Assembly: GCA_963768055.1 (NCBI GenBank)
Contig: CAVYGN010000002.1
Location: forward strand, 384,001 to 448,000
Direction: 5' to 3'
Length of the DNA stretch: 64,000 nucleotides
DNA from: an uncultured Spirochaetota bacterium
Lineage (GTDB): Bacteria; Spirochaetota; Brevinematia; Brevinematales; JAOACQ01
In this document: positions 30,606 through 40,226 of the stretch, in pieces
Layout: each line of letters begins with the position of its first letter
How positions within the stretch are numbered: position 1 is the stretch's first letter
Position numbers and translations under genes: made by a program
The notes under the pieces: model-generated
Databases searched by the model: none
Seen by the model: the letters and a program-made list of their open reading frames with translations, nothing else
What the model was told of the DNA's origin: nothing

Positions 30606-32357
30606 ATGGGAAAAATCATCGGGATAGACCTTGGCACAACTTATTCGGCGGTGGCCTGCCTTAATAATGAGGGTAAACCGGTAATCATCCCGGACAGGAA
30701 CGGCAATAAAACAGTCCCTTCAGTAGTGGCATTCACGCCTGAAGCGGTTCTTGTGGGATTCGCGGCTATAGGGAGGGAATTGTCATCCCCCGATTCCGTT
30801 GTGAAAAAGATCAAAAGAAAAATGGGCACTGATTATAAGTTCAATTACGGCGGACGGGATTATTCGCCTGAGGAAATCTCATCGTTTATCCTGAAACACC
30901 TTAAATCGATGGCTGAGGAATATCTGGGCTGCCAGGTCAGGGAGGCGATAATAACGGTGCCGGCATACTTTAACGATAATCAAAGACAGGCGACGAAGAC
31001 GGCGGGAAAGCTTGCGGGTCTTTCCGTTAAAAGGATCATAAACGAGCCGACAGCCGCCTCTCTCTCCTACGGCATTAATCCGGGCGAGGATCTGAACATC
31101 ATGGTTTACGACCTTGGAGGAGGGACTTTCGATGTATCGATTCTCAGCGTGGCCGACGGCGTATATGAAGTGATCGCAACCGCAGGCGACAATAACCTCG
31201 GTGGAGAAGACTTCAATTCAAGGATCATCGATATCATTTGCGCCAATTTTCAAAAAGAGAACGGCATCGATCTCAGGGACGACCCTCTGGCAATGGTCAA
31301 AATAAGCAGCGCTGTTGAGAAATCTAAAATCGAGCTTTCCTCAAAAAAGAAATCCGTCATATCGGTCCCTTTCATAACCGCTGACGAAAACGGGCCTAAA
31401 AATATCGATTTTGAACTGACAAGGAACAATTTCGAAGAACTGATCAAGGATTATATAGACAGGACCATCGAACTATGCCGGCTGGCGGCGAGCGACTCCG
31501 AAATTAATATAAGTATGATTGACAGGATAATTCCCGTCGGGGGTTCATCCAGGATACCGTCGGTCAGAAAACACCTTGCCGAGCTTTATGGCAGGGAATT
31601 AAGCGATTCTCTTGACCCTGAACAGGTCGTTGCCTGCGGCGCAGCGATACAGGGCGGCATTATAGAAGGAGATGTCGGCGGTATCGTGCTTGTGGACGTT
31701 ACGCCCTTATCGATGGGAATCGAGGTGGAAGACGGGTTTTTCGTTCCGATAATTGAAAGAAACAGCCCCATTCCAACCGCAGCAAAGCGGACTTTCACTA
31801 CCGTTACCGACAGCCAGAAGAGTGTGGATATTCATATAATGCAGGGCGAAAGTATGTACAGTAAAAACAACATATCCCTCGGAAAATTCAAACTCGAGGG
31901 GATAAGGTCCGCTATAAGAGGAGAACCCAGGATAGAGGTCAATTTTGAACTCGATGTCAACGGCATTCTCCAGGTAAGCGCTCTCGACATCGATACGAAA
32001 AACATTCAGCAGGTTACAATAGTTAATGAAAACAGGATGTCAGAGCAGGAATATGCAAAACTGCAGGAGGAATACTCAAGTAAATTCGATCATGAAATTA
32101 AGAAAAGGGACATCTTAAACAGTGTCCTGATCATGCAGACGAAAGCCGAAACAATGATAGCCAAACTATTTCACGCCCTGCCCCCTGTATATGAAAAGTC
32201 TCTTTTAAAGGATGAAATTGAGGAAATTAGCAAAAACCTTGAAGAATCGGTTAGGGAACTCGACCGCGGAAAAATCGAAAGATTGATCCAGAGGCTGGAA
32301 TTCCTGCAGGAAGAAACACTTTCCGGTGTCTTCCGCTACGGAGAAAGCCGGGCATGA
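30606..32357 (+). CDS. Hsp70/DnaK-family chaperone (likely a secondary paralog)
   Basis: IGIDLGTT, TVPAYFND, EPTAA, DLGGGTFD, GGSSRIP, linker VLVDVTPLS; no grpE/hrcA nearby. Confidence 0.92.
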   Translation: MGKIIGIDLGTTYSAVACLNNEGKPVIIPDRNGNKTVPSVVAFTPEAVLVGFAAIGRELSSPDSVVKKIKRKMGTDYKFNYGGRDYSPEEISSFILKHLKSMAEEYLGCQVREAIITVPAYFNDNQRQATKTAGKLAGLSVKRIINEPTAASLSYGINPGEDLNIMVYDLGGGTFDVSILSVADGVYEVIATAGDNNLGGEDFNSRIIDIICANFQKENGIDLRDDPLAMVKISSAVEKSKIELSSKKKSVISVPFITADENGPKNIDFELTRNNFEELIKDYIDRTIELCRLAASDSEINISMIDRIIPVGGSSRIPSVRKHLAELYGRELSDSLDPEQVVACGAAIQGGIIEGDVGGIVLVDVTPLSMGIEVEDGFFVPIIERNSPIPTAAKRTFTTVTDSQKSVDIHIMQGESMYSKNNISLGKFKLEGIRSAIRGEPRIEVNFELDVNGILQVSALDIDTKNIQQVTIVNENRMSEQEYAKLQEEYSSKFDHEIKKRDILNSVLIMQTKAETMIAKLFHALPPVYEKSLLKDEIEEISKNLEESVRELDRGKIERLIQRLEFLQEETLSGVFRYGESRA

Positions 32358-32986
32358 AGACCTTTTACGATATACTTGAAATTTCAAGGGGGGCGAATAT
32401 CAAAGCAATAAAATCTTCATACAGGAGCCTTGTAAAGAAATACCATCCTGATGTCGTAAAGGGAAATAAGTTAAAAGGTGCGAAGTATTTTGAAGAAATA
32501 ACTGCGGCTTATAATACCCTGATCCATCAGGATAAAAGAAAAGCCTACGACGCTAAACTGGATGGAATGACGGGGGCTTTAGCTGCAATCAGTTTCCCTT
32601 TCCGTGAAATCAGGAACTGGATTTCATCTTTTCCTTTATATAAAATGATCTTTTCCGGAAAACAGGTTTCAAAGGCATCCCTTGCAGCCGATCCCGTTGT
32701 CCAGTGCCTGTCTGTAGATGAACTCCTGCAGAGAATTATATATTCCAGGAACAGGCTCCTCCAGATCCATTCTGTAAGGGCCCTTCTGGCAAAAGAATCC
32801 CATTACGCCGTACATGATCTTTTAAGGCTACTGTATACGGGAATTCAGGACGAAGTCAAGGTTGAGATCATAAACGGGCTTGCAAATCCACGCAAATCAG
32901 TTGCTGAAAACATCCTGCGCGAAGTTTACGGTCTTGAAAAAAGCGTTGTAGTAAGAAACGCCATCAGGGGCCGTATTAAAATCTGA
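32354..32986 (+). CDS. J-domain protein with helical (HEAT-like) C-terminus
   Basis: FYDILEI..KYHPD..AYNTL..RKAYD; ATGA-coupled to the Hsp70 gene. Confidence 0.88.
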   Translation: MKTFYDILEISRGANIKAIKSSYRSLVKKYHPDVVKGNKLKGAKYFEEITAAYNTLIHQDKRKAYDAKLDGMTGALAAISFPFREIRNWISSFPLYKMIFSGKQVSKASLAADPVVQCLSVDELLQRIIYSRNRLLQIHSVRALLAKESHYAVHDLLRLLYTGIQDEVKVEIINGLANPRKSVAENILREVYGLEKSVVVRNAIRGRIKI

Positions 32987-33057
32987 CTTAATCTTTGTTA
33001 TTTCCGGTAAAATGATCTAAAATATTCGTCGAATCTTTACAGGACCGGTCATCATAA

Positions 33058-33705
33058 ATGTCTAATATCATAAAATCGCTTTTAACCTGGTATATGGGCA
33101 GCATCAATTATCTTTCAATAACATGCCTGATGGCAATTGAAAGTTCTTTTTTACCCCTCCCGTCAGAGGTTGTAATCCCTCCCGCAGCTTATAAAGCGGC
33201 AAACGGAGAACTTAATATAATTTTTATTGTTTTATTCGCCTGTCTCGGGTCGGTAATCGGAGCTCTTTTTAATTATACAATATCAAGAACGCTCGGCAGG
33301 GCTGTCATCAATAAAATCGCCGATACTAAACTCGCACATTTATTTATGGTCGATAGGGCTGCCCTTGACAGGGCTGAGAAATATTTCCTCAAATTCGGAA
33401 AAAGCTCGACTTTTATAGGCCGTCTCATCCCTGTCGTCCGGCATTTGATTTCAATTCCCGCCGGTATATCAAAAATGAGGCTGCCGGATTTTATCCTTTT
33501 CACAGCCATGGGTTCTTTCATCTGGAGCATTGCCCTATCTGCGCTGGGTTATTTTGTTTACTCCAGAAAAGACATACTCGAAAAATACTTTACCCTGATA
33601 ACATATGCCTTTCTTGCAATCGCCCTTCTATTCATAGTTTATATTTTGATAAAACCGGTTTTATTTCCTAAAGAGGTAAAAGATGGACGCCAAGATAATC
33701 CATGA
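33058..33705 (+). CDS. DedA family membrane protein
   Basis: IESSFLPLPSE, FIGRLIPVVRHLISIPAG. Confidence 0.93.
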   Translation: MSNIIKSLLTWYMGSINYLSITCLMAIESSFLPLPSEVVIPPAAYKAANGELNIIFIVLFACLGSVIGALFNYTISRTLGRAVINKIADTKLAHLFMVDRAALDRAEKYFLKFGKSSTFIGRLIPVVRHLISIPAGISKMRLPDFILFTAMGSFIWSIALSALGYFVYSRKDILEKYFTLITYAFLAIALLFIVYILIKPVLFPKEVKDGRQDNP

Positions 33706-33973
33706 TCCTGAAGGCGGGGAATTTTACTGCCTTATTGAAGGATCAAAAAGCTTTCTAAGCTACTATGATGATAATCCCGACTATATAGATATTTACCATA
33801 CGTATGTTCCGCCCGAATTGAGGAACAGGGGAATTGCGCAACAGCTTATAGCGGAAGCGATTAAATATACGGAAAAATCAGGCAAAAAAATAATCTCAAC
33901 CTGTTCTTTCGCGGATATGTATTTCGAAAAACACCCCGAATTGAAGGGACTGCTATACAATAATAAAAAATAA
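33683..33973 (+). CDS. small GNAT acetyltransferase (YjdJ-like)
   Basis: HTYVPPELRNRGIA, CSFA, KHPE. Confidence 0.9.
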   Translation: MDAKIIHDPEGGEFYCLIEGSKSFLSYYDDNPDYIDIYHTYVPPELRNRGIAQQLIAEAIKYTEKSGKKIISTCSFADMYFEKHPELKGLLYNNKK

Positions 33974-33986
33974 AGAGAGGTGAACT

Positions 33987-34943
33987 GTGTTAAAAATCGG
34001 CGTTGCCGGTGCAGGACATATGGGCAGGTTTCATATAAATATTCTATCAACGATTCCCGGCATCGAATTTTCCTCCATTTGCGACATCGACGAGGAGCTT
34101 GTTAAAAAACTTTCAAAAGACTACGATGTAAAGGGATATACCGACTATAAAAAGTTTTTAACCTCGATAGACGCAGTGGTTATTGCGGTCCCTACTTTCC
34201 TTCATTACAGGTTCGCCAGCGCGGCCCTGGAAGCGGGAAAGCATGTCTTACTGGAAAAGCCTATGACTAAAACCGTTTATTTTGCCGAAAAGCTGATAGC
34301 TCTTGCTGAAAATAAAAATCTTGTCCTGCAGGTAGGACATGTCGAACGTTTCAACGCCGCTGTCCAGGAATTGAATAACATCGTTAATAAACCGTATCTG
34401 ATTCAGGCCCAGAGGCTGGGCCCCAAGAGCAGGATAAAGGATGTCGGGGTTGTTCTCGACCTGATGATCCATGACATAGATATAGTTATGTCCATAGCCC
34501 GGTCAAAGCCGTTAAGCATATCGGCCTACGGCCAGAAAATCTATACCGGTTTCGAGGATGTAGCCAGCGCTACCATATATTTTGAGAACGGCGTTATAGC
34601 CAATATCACCGCGAGCCGCGTGTCGGCTAATAAATCCCGGACCCTCGCCATTTCACAGGAGGGTTCGTATATTTTTCTGGATTATGCAACCCAGGATATA
34701 ACTGTGATCCGCCAGCCCCTGACCGATTATGTCGTTTTAAAGGAAGAGCTTAAGTACACCCAGGAAAGCATTGTCGAGCATGTTGCTGTTTACAAGGACA
34801 ACGCCCTCAAGCTTGAACAAATCCATTTTATCGAATGTATCAAAGACGGGAGGGAACCCATCCGCGATTCCGAGGCCGACATCAGCGCGCTGAAGATCGC
34901 CAAGGAGATAATCGGGAAAATACATTCGGGCTGGAAGCGCTAG
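33987..34943 (+). CDS. Gfo/Idh/MocA oxidoreductase (GnnA-like)
   Basis: GAGHMG, LEKP, VGHVERFN, DLMIHDID. Confidence 0.9.
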   Translation: MLKIGVAGAGHMGRFHINILSTIPGIEFSSICDIDEELVKKLSKDYDVKGYTDYKKFLTSIDAVVIAVPTFLHYRFASAALEAGKHVLLEKPMTKTVYFAEKLIALAENKNLVLQVGHVERFNAAVQELNNIVNKPYLIQAQRLGPKSRIKDVGVVLDLMIHDIDIVMSIARSKPLSISAYGQKIYTGFEDVASATIYFENGVIANITASRVSANKSRTLAISQEGSYIFLDYATQDITVIRQPLTDYVVLKEELKYTQESIVEHVAVYKDNALKLEQIHFIECIKDGREPIRDSEADISALKIAKEIIGKIHSGWKR

Positions 34944-35056
34944 AACTGCCCCTCTGGGGCAGCAAAGTGGTGCATCTATCCTGGTGACTGGCTCCGGGAC
35001 AGGCACCAGGGCCCATAGGGTTTTATTATGCAATGGACCGGTTTTTGGAACCGCCC
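34944..35056. mobile_element. MITE family A, copy 2 (left TIR missing)
   Basis: AACTGCCCC..CAGGCACCAGGGCCCATAGGG..GTTTTTGGAACCGCCC matches the 46728 copy; the right flank TTTA contains the fliY stop codon. Confidence 0.75.
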
Positions 35057-35057
35057 T

Positions 35058-36134
35058 TTAAAATTTCGATTCGCCCGAGTTTTCGAAGATCCTTTCCATC
35101 GGGGTGACGATCTTAGTCACACGAACTGCGAAGTTCTCATCGATGACAACTACTTCGCCCTGGGCTATGAGCTTATCGTTTACAAGAATGTCGACCGGTT
35201 CTCCGGCCAGTTTGTCAAGTTCTATTATCGAACCTTCGCCAAGTCCCAGGATCTCTTTAATGGTCATTTTAGTTCGTCCAAGTTCGACAGTCACGCGCAT
35301 AGGAACATCAAGGAGCAGGGCAATATTACCCATGGCCTCGCTTGCCATTCCTACCTGCAGCGGTTCAAATCCAACCGGTCTGATCGGGATTCCTGCCTGG
35401 ACCTGTCCCGCACCGCCCCCGAATTGAGTTGCCATACTCGCTTTGGTCATTGAGTAAGCGCCGGAAATACTTCTTGCCAGCGAAAGCGAAAGAAAAGCAT
35501 AAAACTTGGCAGCGCCTTTATCCTGGAGGTTGAATACATAATTCAATCTGGCGAAATATTGACCGCCCGAAGGGCTGATCGCCGAAGCGTCCTGTAAAAG
35601 ATCTATACCCGGAAGCCCGGGCGTAACCGATTTTGATAATTTATCTGAAAGGATATTGACAAGCGCTCCTGTTGTCTGGGAAATAACTTCCCCAAAAGTG
35701 TTTTTTACCAGGTCGGTTATCTCGGTATTGTCTTCCTGGCCGATCAGTATATTTGTTATTAAAAGCACGCCTTTTTCAGGTATTACATATACCAGTTCCC
35801 CGGTTACCCCCCCGCTTAAGCCGACCTTTGCCTGGATCACTCTGCCCTTAATGTCCTTCTTCAGGTTTTCAAGAGGGCCTGAGTCAATGAAGGGCGAAGA
35901 AAAAGTAGTTGTAATCCCGGTTAATGTCGAAAGTGCGGTAGCCTGAGCGATGCCGATCTCTCTGAGTAATTCGCCCAGGTTTGATTTATCGCTTTCAGAA
36001 AGGGCTTCAACCTGGGGCGCCTTACCGCCGGTAAATCCGGATACCGGGGCCGTGCCCAGGTTTTCCGTCATCATTTCATCGGTACCCTGTAATAATGCAT
36101 CTATTTCATCTTGAGAAAGAGTTCCATCGCTCAT
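35058..36134 (-). CDS. fliY: flagellar switch protein FliY/FliN
   Basis: LSQDEIDALL, CheC-like middle region, SpoA domain LLDVPMRVTVELGRT..GEVVVIDENF. Confidence 0.9.
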   Translation of the reverse strand: MSDGTLSQDEIDALLQGTDEMMTENLGTAPVSGFTGGKAPQVEALSESDKSNLGELLREIGIAQATALSTLTGITTTFSSPFIDSGPLENLKKDIKGRVIQAKVGLSGGVTGELVYVIPEKGVLLITNILIGQEDNTEITDLVKNTFGEVISQTTGALVNILSDKLSKSVTPGLPGIDLLQDASAISPSGGQYFARLNYVFNLQDKGAAKFYAFLSLSLARSISGAYSMTKASMATQFGGGAGQVQAGIPIRPVGFEPLQVGMASEAMGNIALLLDVPMRVTVELGRTKMTIKEILGLGEGSIIELDKLAGEPVDILVNDKLIAQGEVVVIDENFAVRVTKIVTPMERIFENSGESKF

Positions 36135-36168
36135 CGTGACGCCTCCTTTATAGGATTGACCTTTCTTT

Positions 36169-36195
36169 TTATCGGAATAAATAAAACATTTTTAA
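36169..36195 (-). promoter_or_regulatory. possible sigma-28 promoter of fliY
   Basis: Minus strand TTAA-N15-TCCGATAA (or TAAA-N14) upstream of the AAGGAGG RBS. Confidence 0.55.
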
Positions 36196-36224
36196 CCGGT
36201 GGAGAGGAAATTTCCAAAAAAAAA

Positions 36225-37286
36225 TTATTCTTCCTCTTTCATGAGGATATCCTGCAACATATCCTCTGTAATTGTTGAAAGGACTTCACTTATCTGTATA
36301 GCCCTCTTTTTACTCACTACTCCCGGTTTACCCCTGAATTTGACTCCATCTCCTATAAGCACTTCGACTTTGGATTTTGTAGAATCCTTCAGGCGGATCA
36401 CATCGCCGAGCTGTATAGCCGCGATTTCATTAAAATTTAAAAATGTTTCGCTAAGTTTAACTACTACCTCTATGGGAATATCGGCTATCTGGTCTTTGAT
36501 CAGCGATAAGTTCTCGGTCGTTATACCGCGCTTGATGCTGGAATACCAGTATTGCGCCGATAATTTCGATATAATAGGCTCTATAGTCATATATGGTATG
36601 CAGAAGTTCATCATACCCTCGACGTCTCCGATTTTTGTATCGAAAGTCGTAAGAACGACCATGTTGCTGGGTGGGACGATCCCTGCGAACTGGGGATTTG
36701 TTTCGATATTTCCCAGCCTTGGGCGAAGATCGATTACATTTGACCATGATTCGCGGAGGTTGCCGAGAAGCCTGACAATTATGCCCTCGATTACCGATAA
36801 TTCTATATCAGTCAACTCCCTGTTGGTCTTGAGGGATTCCCCCTTCCCACCGAAAAGCCGGTCTATGATCGCGAAGGTAATGCTAGGGTCAAGCTCGACA
36901 ACCGAACTTCCCTTTAAAGGGTCCATATTGATAAGGCCCAGCGTAGTAGGAGAAGGAATCGACCTTGTGAATTCTTCATAGGTAAGCTGGTCGACGGAAA
37001 CTACATGCACATGAACCAGGGTCCTGAGCTGCGCTGAAAGGGAGGTAGTGGTCAATCTGGCGAAAGTTTCATGCATCATCTGAAGCGTACGGATCTGGTC
37101 CTTGGAAAACTTGTCGGGCCTTCGGAAATCATAAACTTTAAGCCTTTTCTTTTCACGCTTCGGTCCTGTTACAGCGGTTCTTCCCCCTCCTCCCCCTGTA
37201 TGCGAGGGTTCAGTGGGAACACTCTCTCCGCTCGATACTGCCGTTAAAAGCGCATCTATTTCATCCTGAGACAGGATTTCCGTCAT
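36225..37286 (-). CDS. fliM: flagellar motor switch protein FliM
   Basis: MTEILSQDEIDALL, YDFRRPDKFSKDQIRTL, ETNPQF. Confidence 0.97.
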   Translation of the reverse strand: MTEILSQDEIDALLTAVSSGESVPTEPSHTGGGGGRTAVTGPKREKKRLKVYDFRRPDKFSKDQIRTLQMMHETFARLTTTSLSAQLRTLVHVHVVSVDQLTYEEFTRSIPSPTTLGLINMDPLKGSSVVELDPSITFAIIDRLFGGKGESLKTNRELTDIELSVIEGIIVRLLGNLRESWSNVIDLRPRLGNIETNPQFAGIVPPSNMVVLTTFDTKIGDVEGMMNFCIPYMTIEPIISKLSAQYWYSSIKRGITTENLSLIKDQIADIPIEVVVKLSETFLNFNEIAAIQLGDVIRLKDSTKSKVEVLIGDGVKFRGKPGVVSKKRAIQISEVLSTITEDMLQDILMKEEE

Positions 37287-37299
37287 AAATATAAACTCC

Positions 37300-37842
37300 C
37301 TATGAAACTATAAACTGATCGTAATAAATATCGTTAATGACACCTGTGGTAAGGACATTATTTATCTGTTTCTTTATCTCTTCCTTGAGGCCTAATTTTT
37401 CAGATTCGGTATCTATATCCTGTTTCTCTTTTGAGTTTAAAATGGTGAGAATAATATCCCTTATCTGCTGGGTCCTTTCTGTCAGTTCAAGCGCCAGCTT
37501 TTTATTCTGGCCATCGTACGCCAGGCTTAGTTTGACCCTCATGAAATGCGGCTCATCGGCATCGGCTGTATTGACACGGAAGTCGTCAAGCGAAAATATC
37601 TGGAGAGGCGCGGGTTTCGGCGCTAGCGTGACGGTCTGGTAGATTTCTTCCTGGCTCTTCGATTTTGTGGACAGGATCAGGATATAAGCAAGTATTGTCG
37701 ATATTACCACAGCTATTATAACCGGTATTAGATTGGATAATAGCCATTCTATCAATTTTCCAATTGAAAAACCCGCTTTGGGCTGTTGCCCTTCCTGCGG
37801 TTGTTCCTCTGTTTCAACCTGGATTTCTTCCGGTTCTCCCAT
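37300..37842 (-). CDS. fliL: flagellar basal body protein FliL
   Basis: Single TM; FRVNTAD..IRDIIL..IKKQINNVL..IYYDQFI; upstream of fliM. Confidence 0.9.
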   Translation of the reverse strand: MGEPEEIQVETEEQPQEGQQPKAGFSIGKLIEWLLSNLIPVIIAVVISTILAYILILSTKSKSQEEIYQTVTLAPKPAPLQIFSLDDFRVNTADADEPHFMRVKLSLAYDGQNKKLALELTERTQQIRDIILTILNSKEKQDIDTESEKLGLKEEIKKQINNVLTTGVINDIYYDQFIVS

Positions 37843-37919
37843 TGTCGACTCCTCAATTTTTATAAAAACTACATGTTTTTTACCCGGGGGCTCTCTTCAT
37901 TTTTTGTAGTTTATTATAA

Positions 37920-37946
37920 ATATCGGAATTGCAGAAACGAGCTTGA
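37920..37946 (-). promoter_or_regulatory. sigma-28 (FliA) promoter of fliL-fliM
   Basis: Minus strand TCAA-N15-TCCGATAT. Confidence 0.7.
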
Positions 37947-38037
37947 TTGATTATGACCCCTTTTTATAATTTTAATCAAAAATAAATAAAATAGCAATAA
38001 TATAAACCTTAAAAAAAGAGTATTTTATATTAAAGAT

Positions 38038-38128
38038 TGTCATTTCGAGCATAGCGTTTATCATAAACTCCCTTTTGGAAGATTTCTCGTCTCCCGCCCT
38101 GAAAAGGGGCGGGTTCCTCGAAATGACA
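38038..38128. repeat. palindromic repeat family B, full copy
   Basis: Perfect 12-bp terminal IR TGTCATTTCGAG/CTCGAAATGACA; internal AGCGTTTATC, GATTTCTCG and GC-rich hairpin shared with the 57809 copy. Confidence 0.85.
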
Positions 38129-38149
38129 TTGCCGGGTAAAAAACGGCCT

Positions 38150-38821
38150 TCAGTCAACTATCCGCCCGTCATGGAGATTGATCACTCTTTCGGCATATTT
38201 CATTATGTTCAGGTCATGCGTTGAAAATATAAATGTAGTGCCGTAGTCCCTGTTGATCTTTCTCATCAGTTCTATTATCATCCTGCCTGTTTCGGAGTCA
38301 AGGTTTGCCGTTGGTTCGTCGGCAAGGACTATTTCAGGATTCGTGACCAGGGCCCTGGCGATAGCCACCCGCTGCCTCTGGCCCCCGGAGAGTTCTTCAG
38401 GCCTGTGTTTTAAATACCGGCCAAGCTCGACATGCTCGATAAGTTCTATGATCCTGTCCCTTTTTTCCTTTTTTGAACCGTATTTGCTTATATTATTCAA
38501 AGGGAGTTCGATATTTTCATAAACATTCAGGACAGGTATAAGGTTAAAGGACTGAAATATAAAGCCTATCTTTTCGGCCCTGATATCGGCAAGCCTGTTG
38601 CTTTTTAAAGAGGTAATATTTTCACCGCTTATTACTACTTCTCCCCGATCAGGCTTGTCAAGGCAGCCTATAATGTTAAGCAGCGTGGATTTTCCGCTTC
38701 CCGACGGCCCGACCACGGATGTAAATTCGCCCTTAGTAAAGGTTGCGTTTATTCCCTTCAATGCCTCTATCGTAGATTTTCCAAGATAATAGGTCTTCTC
38801 TACACCGCTGATATTAATCAT
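38150..38821 (-). CDS. ABC ATP-binding protein (LolD/MacB-like)
   Basis: [26 protein letters not shown]. Confidence 0.93.
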   Translation of the reverse strand: MINISGVEKTYYLGKSTIEALKGINATFTKGEFTSVVGPSGSGKSTLLNIIGCLDKPDRGEVVISGENITSLKSNRLADIRAEKIGFIFQSFNLIPVLNVYENIELPLNNISKYGSKKEKRDRIIELIEHVELGRYLKHRPEELSGGQRQRVAIARALVTNPEIVLADEPTANLDSETGRMIIELMRKINRDYGTTFIFSTHDLNIMKYAERVINLHDGRIVD

Positions 38822-38837
38822 GTGATGCTCCTTTGTT

Positions 38838-40226
38838 TCAAAATGAAACCGTTAAATTGGCGTTTATGGAAAAAAGCTGCGACATACTGCCGAATTCGCT
38901 GTCCCGGTCTCCGCAAAAAAACTGGGCTCCTATCGATATTCTGGTATCCAGGTTGATCTGATATGACATCGAGGGATAAACTACAAAACTCAGATCGTCA
39001 ATGTTAAGGACCGCAGAACCGGTCAGACTGAAATCTTTATCAAACAGCCCCTGGAAAGTAAGCGCTGAAAAAAAATAGCTCTTCGAATTCCTGAGGTATT
39101 GCTCCTGCAGCATAGCGTTCATATATGCGGGAATATTATTATTGTTTGTCTGCGCATCTATATACGACAGGAAATTCTGATAAGCGTTTTTGCTCCAGTT
39201 CTCGTCATCGTAATAATATTCGGCGGAAATTATTATACCGTCGATCAACGGCGTCTCTGTAAAAGAAAAGGTAAGATTACCGCCTACAGCCCAGGCAGCG
39301 TAGTAATTGTTGGTCATATTTTCAAGGTACGGCACCCCGTTTGTTTCGGCGGCGAACTCACGGTAGCTGTCCTCTCTGTAGGTTAATTGGGAATATAGTT
39401 TTAAATTTATATTATTTTTTACAGACATGACATAATCGATGTTGCCGCCATATTCGGGCTTGTAATTCTTCTGAAAATCGGCGAATATAAACCCGTCGAA
39501 CATATCTATCGATAAGAAATATTGCAATATGGCAGGCAGATTGTCAATGTTCGTAGTTAATGTGCTGTCGACAACGCTTAAAGCTGAAAAAGAACTGAAA
39601 TCACCTATGGGAACCGTTATATCAGCCCCCGGCTTCCCCTGGTCATATCCGGTATATGACAGGGGATCTTTTCTCAAATCCACTATATCGACGGGATTAA
39701 AAGCGACCCCATCGCCCCAGTGCATGAAATGCTTCCCTATGCGCAGCAAAAAGTCCTCGGTCGCCAGGTCAGCATAACCCTCAACAATATTAAAATACTG
39801 CCAGGGGGTATTTGTAAGAAATGTTTTCGGATAATAACTGAATCTGACATCCAGATAACCCTTCCCGATCTCGCCCATCGCGCTTTTCATTATTACATCG
39901 GCATTGACATAGTAATCGAAGCCCTCGTTCGTGTAACCCCCGCTCTGAAGCAAATTCAGCGGGTAAAGCAGCGAATTGCTGTTAACCGATTGAACGTCGA
40001 AACCGGTGTTTATGACTGAGCTTATATCCAATGAAAATAGCTCCATGGGAAGAAAAAGCAGAAGGATAAAGATTGAAATTTTAAGGGCGCTTCTAATAAC
40101 CTTCGGATAGGAAGCACCCTTCGGGCACAAGCGCACCATAGGGCATACATATAGAGTTAAATAGTAAGTTGTTAGTAAAAATGGTAATATTCTTGAGTTA
40201 TTAGAACTGCCCTTTATCAAATTCAT
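38838..40226 (-). CDS. probable outer-membrane beta-barrel protein carrying an in-frame MITE in its signal peptide
   Basis: ATGA-coupled start; LRIGKHFMHWGDG..FNPVD motif; ends LTVSF; codons 6-49 derive from the MITE. Confidence 0.75.
   Translation of the reverse strand: MNLIKGSSNNSRILPFLLTTYYLTLYVCPMVRLCPKGASYPKVIRSALKISIFILLLFLPMELFSLDISSVINTGFDVQSVNSNSLLYPLNLLQSGGYTNEGFDYYVNADVIMKSAMGEIGKGYLDVRFSYYPKTFLTNTPWQYFNIVEGYADLATEDFLLRIGKHFMHWGDGVAFNPVDIVDLRKDPLSYTGYDQGKPGADITVPIGDFSSFSALSVVDSTLTTNIDNLPAILQYFLSIDMFDGFIFADFQKNYKPEYGGNIDYVMSVKNNINLKLYSQLTYREDSYREFAAETNGVPYLENMTNNYYAAWAVGGNLTFSFTETPLIDGIIISAEYYYDDENWSKNAYQNFLSYIDAQTNNNNIPAYMNAMLQEQYLRNSKSYFFSALTFQGLFDKDFSLTGSAVLNIDDLSFVVYPSMSYQINLDTRISIGAQFFCGDRDSEFGSMSQLFSINANLTVSF
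40085..40212. mobile_element. MITE family A, copy 3 (128 bp, intragenic, in frame)
   Basis: TIRs GGGCGCTTCTAATAAC / GTTATTAGAACTGCCC; flanks TTAA and TTTA. Confidence 0.88.
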
